From Centroscyllium fabricii (Eukaryota): a DNA stretch of 64,000 bases. A program made the position numbers and the translations under genes. Below the pieces are notes generated by a model that had not been told where the DNA came from, searched no databases, and worked only from the letters and a program-made list of their open reading frames with translations. This document shows positions 63,639 through 64,000 of this stretch, piece by piece. The stretch lies in contig JBNRSN020000018.1 of assembly GCA_051313645.2 (NCBI GenBank), positions 113,212,001 through 113,276,000 on the forward strand, given 5' to 3'. Position 1 is the stretch's first letter, and every line of letters starts with the position of its first letter.

Positions 63639-64000
63639 CTAAACATAAATCAATTAAATAGGATTTAGTTGACTGGATTGAAAAGGGACAATTTCATTAT
63701 GGTAATTTGCACTTTTTTTTAGAAAAAACTAGATACTTAAAATAAGTTTTTGCTTCTGCACAGTTTTGGTTAAGTTAAGCCAACAGGTTTTGTTAGAGGT
63801 TCAGGGGATGTACAATGCTCTGCACAGACCACACCTCGACTATTATGTCTGGCCCAGGTCACCAGGACAGCAAGTGACCGAGGCAGTCCAGTGAAGAGCT
63901 GCCCGGCTGATCCCTAGTGTCAGTTATGAGGGAGACTTTGGGCTGTTCTGCCTTAAAATGCAATAATAGAGATGCAAGATTGTTAAGGGTATAGAACACA

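Overview
Eukaryotic, repeat-dominated genomic DNA, very probably from a cartilaginous fish. That assignment is inferred from HE1/V-domain SINEs, Deu-domain (SacSINE1-like) SINEs and abundant CR1 and Penelope elements. Layout: (1) 1-10253 is a degenerate CAGTGACACACT-type satellite holding a duplicated SINE; (2) ~10.3-11.3 kb is a CpG-rich, promoter/first-exon-like island of an unidentified gene; (3) ~12-57 kb is non-coding DNA packed with nested SINEs, CR1/L2/Rex-Babar/RTE/RTEX LINE fragments, Penelope termini with minimal hammerhead ribozyme motifs, Tigger-like and Harbinger-like MITEs, a solo LTR, a 200-N gap and a near full-length but defective CsRn1-clade Ty3/gypsy element (46032-50841); (4) 58209-63638 (minus strand) holds the last four coding exons of a RING-H2 E3-ligase-like gene that the ORF track misses. 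The best leads are the tandem and inverted hammerhead arrays, a family of Rex/Babar-tailed non-autonomous retroelements with interchangeable VNTR cores or a 5S-rRNA head, the CsRn1-clade element, and MITE-borne minisatellite expansion. No clearly new multi-gene system can be supported. Family names come from motif recognition, not database searches.
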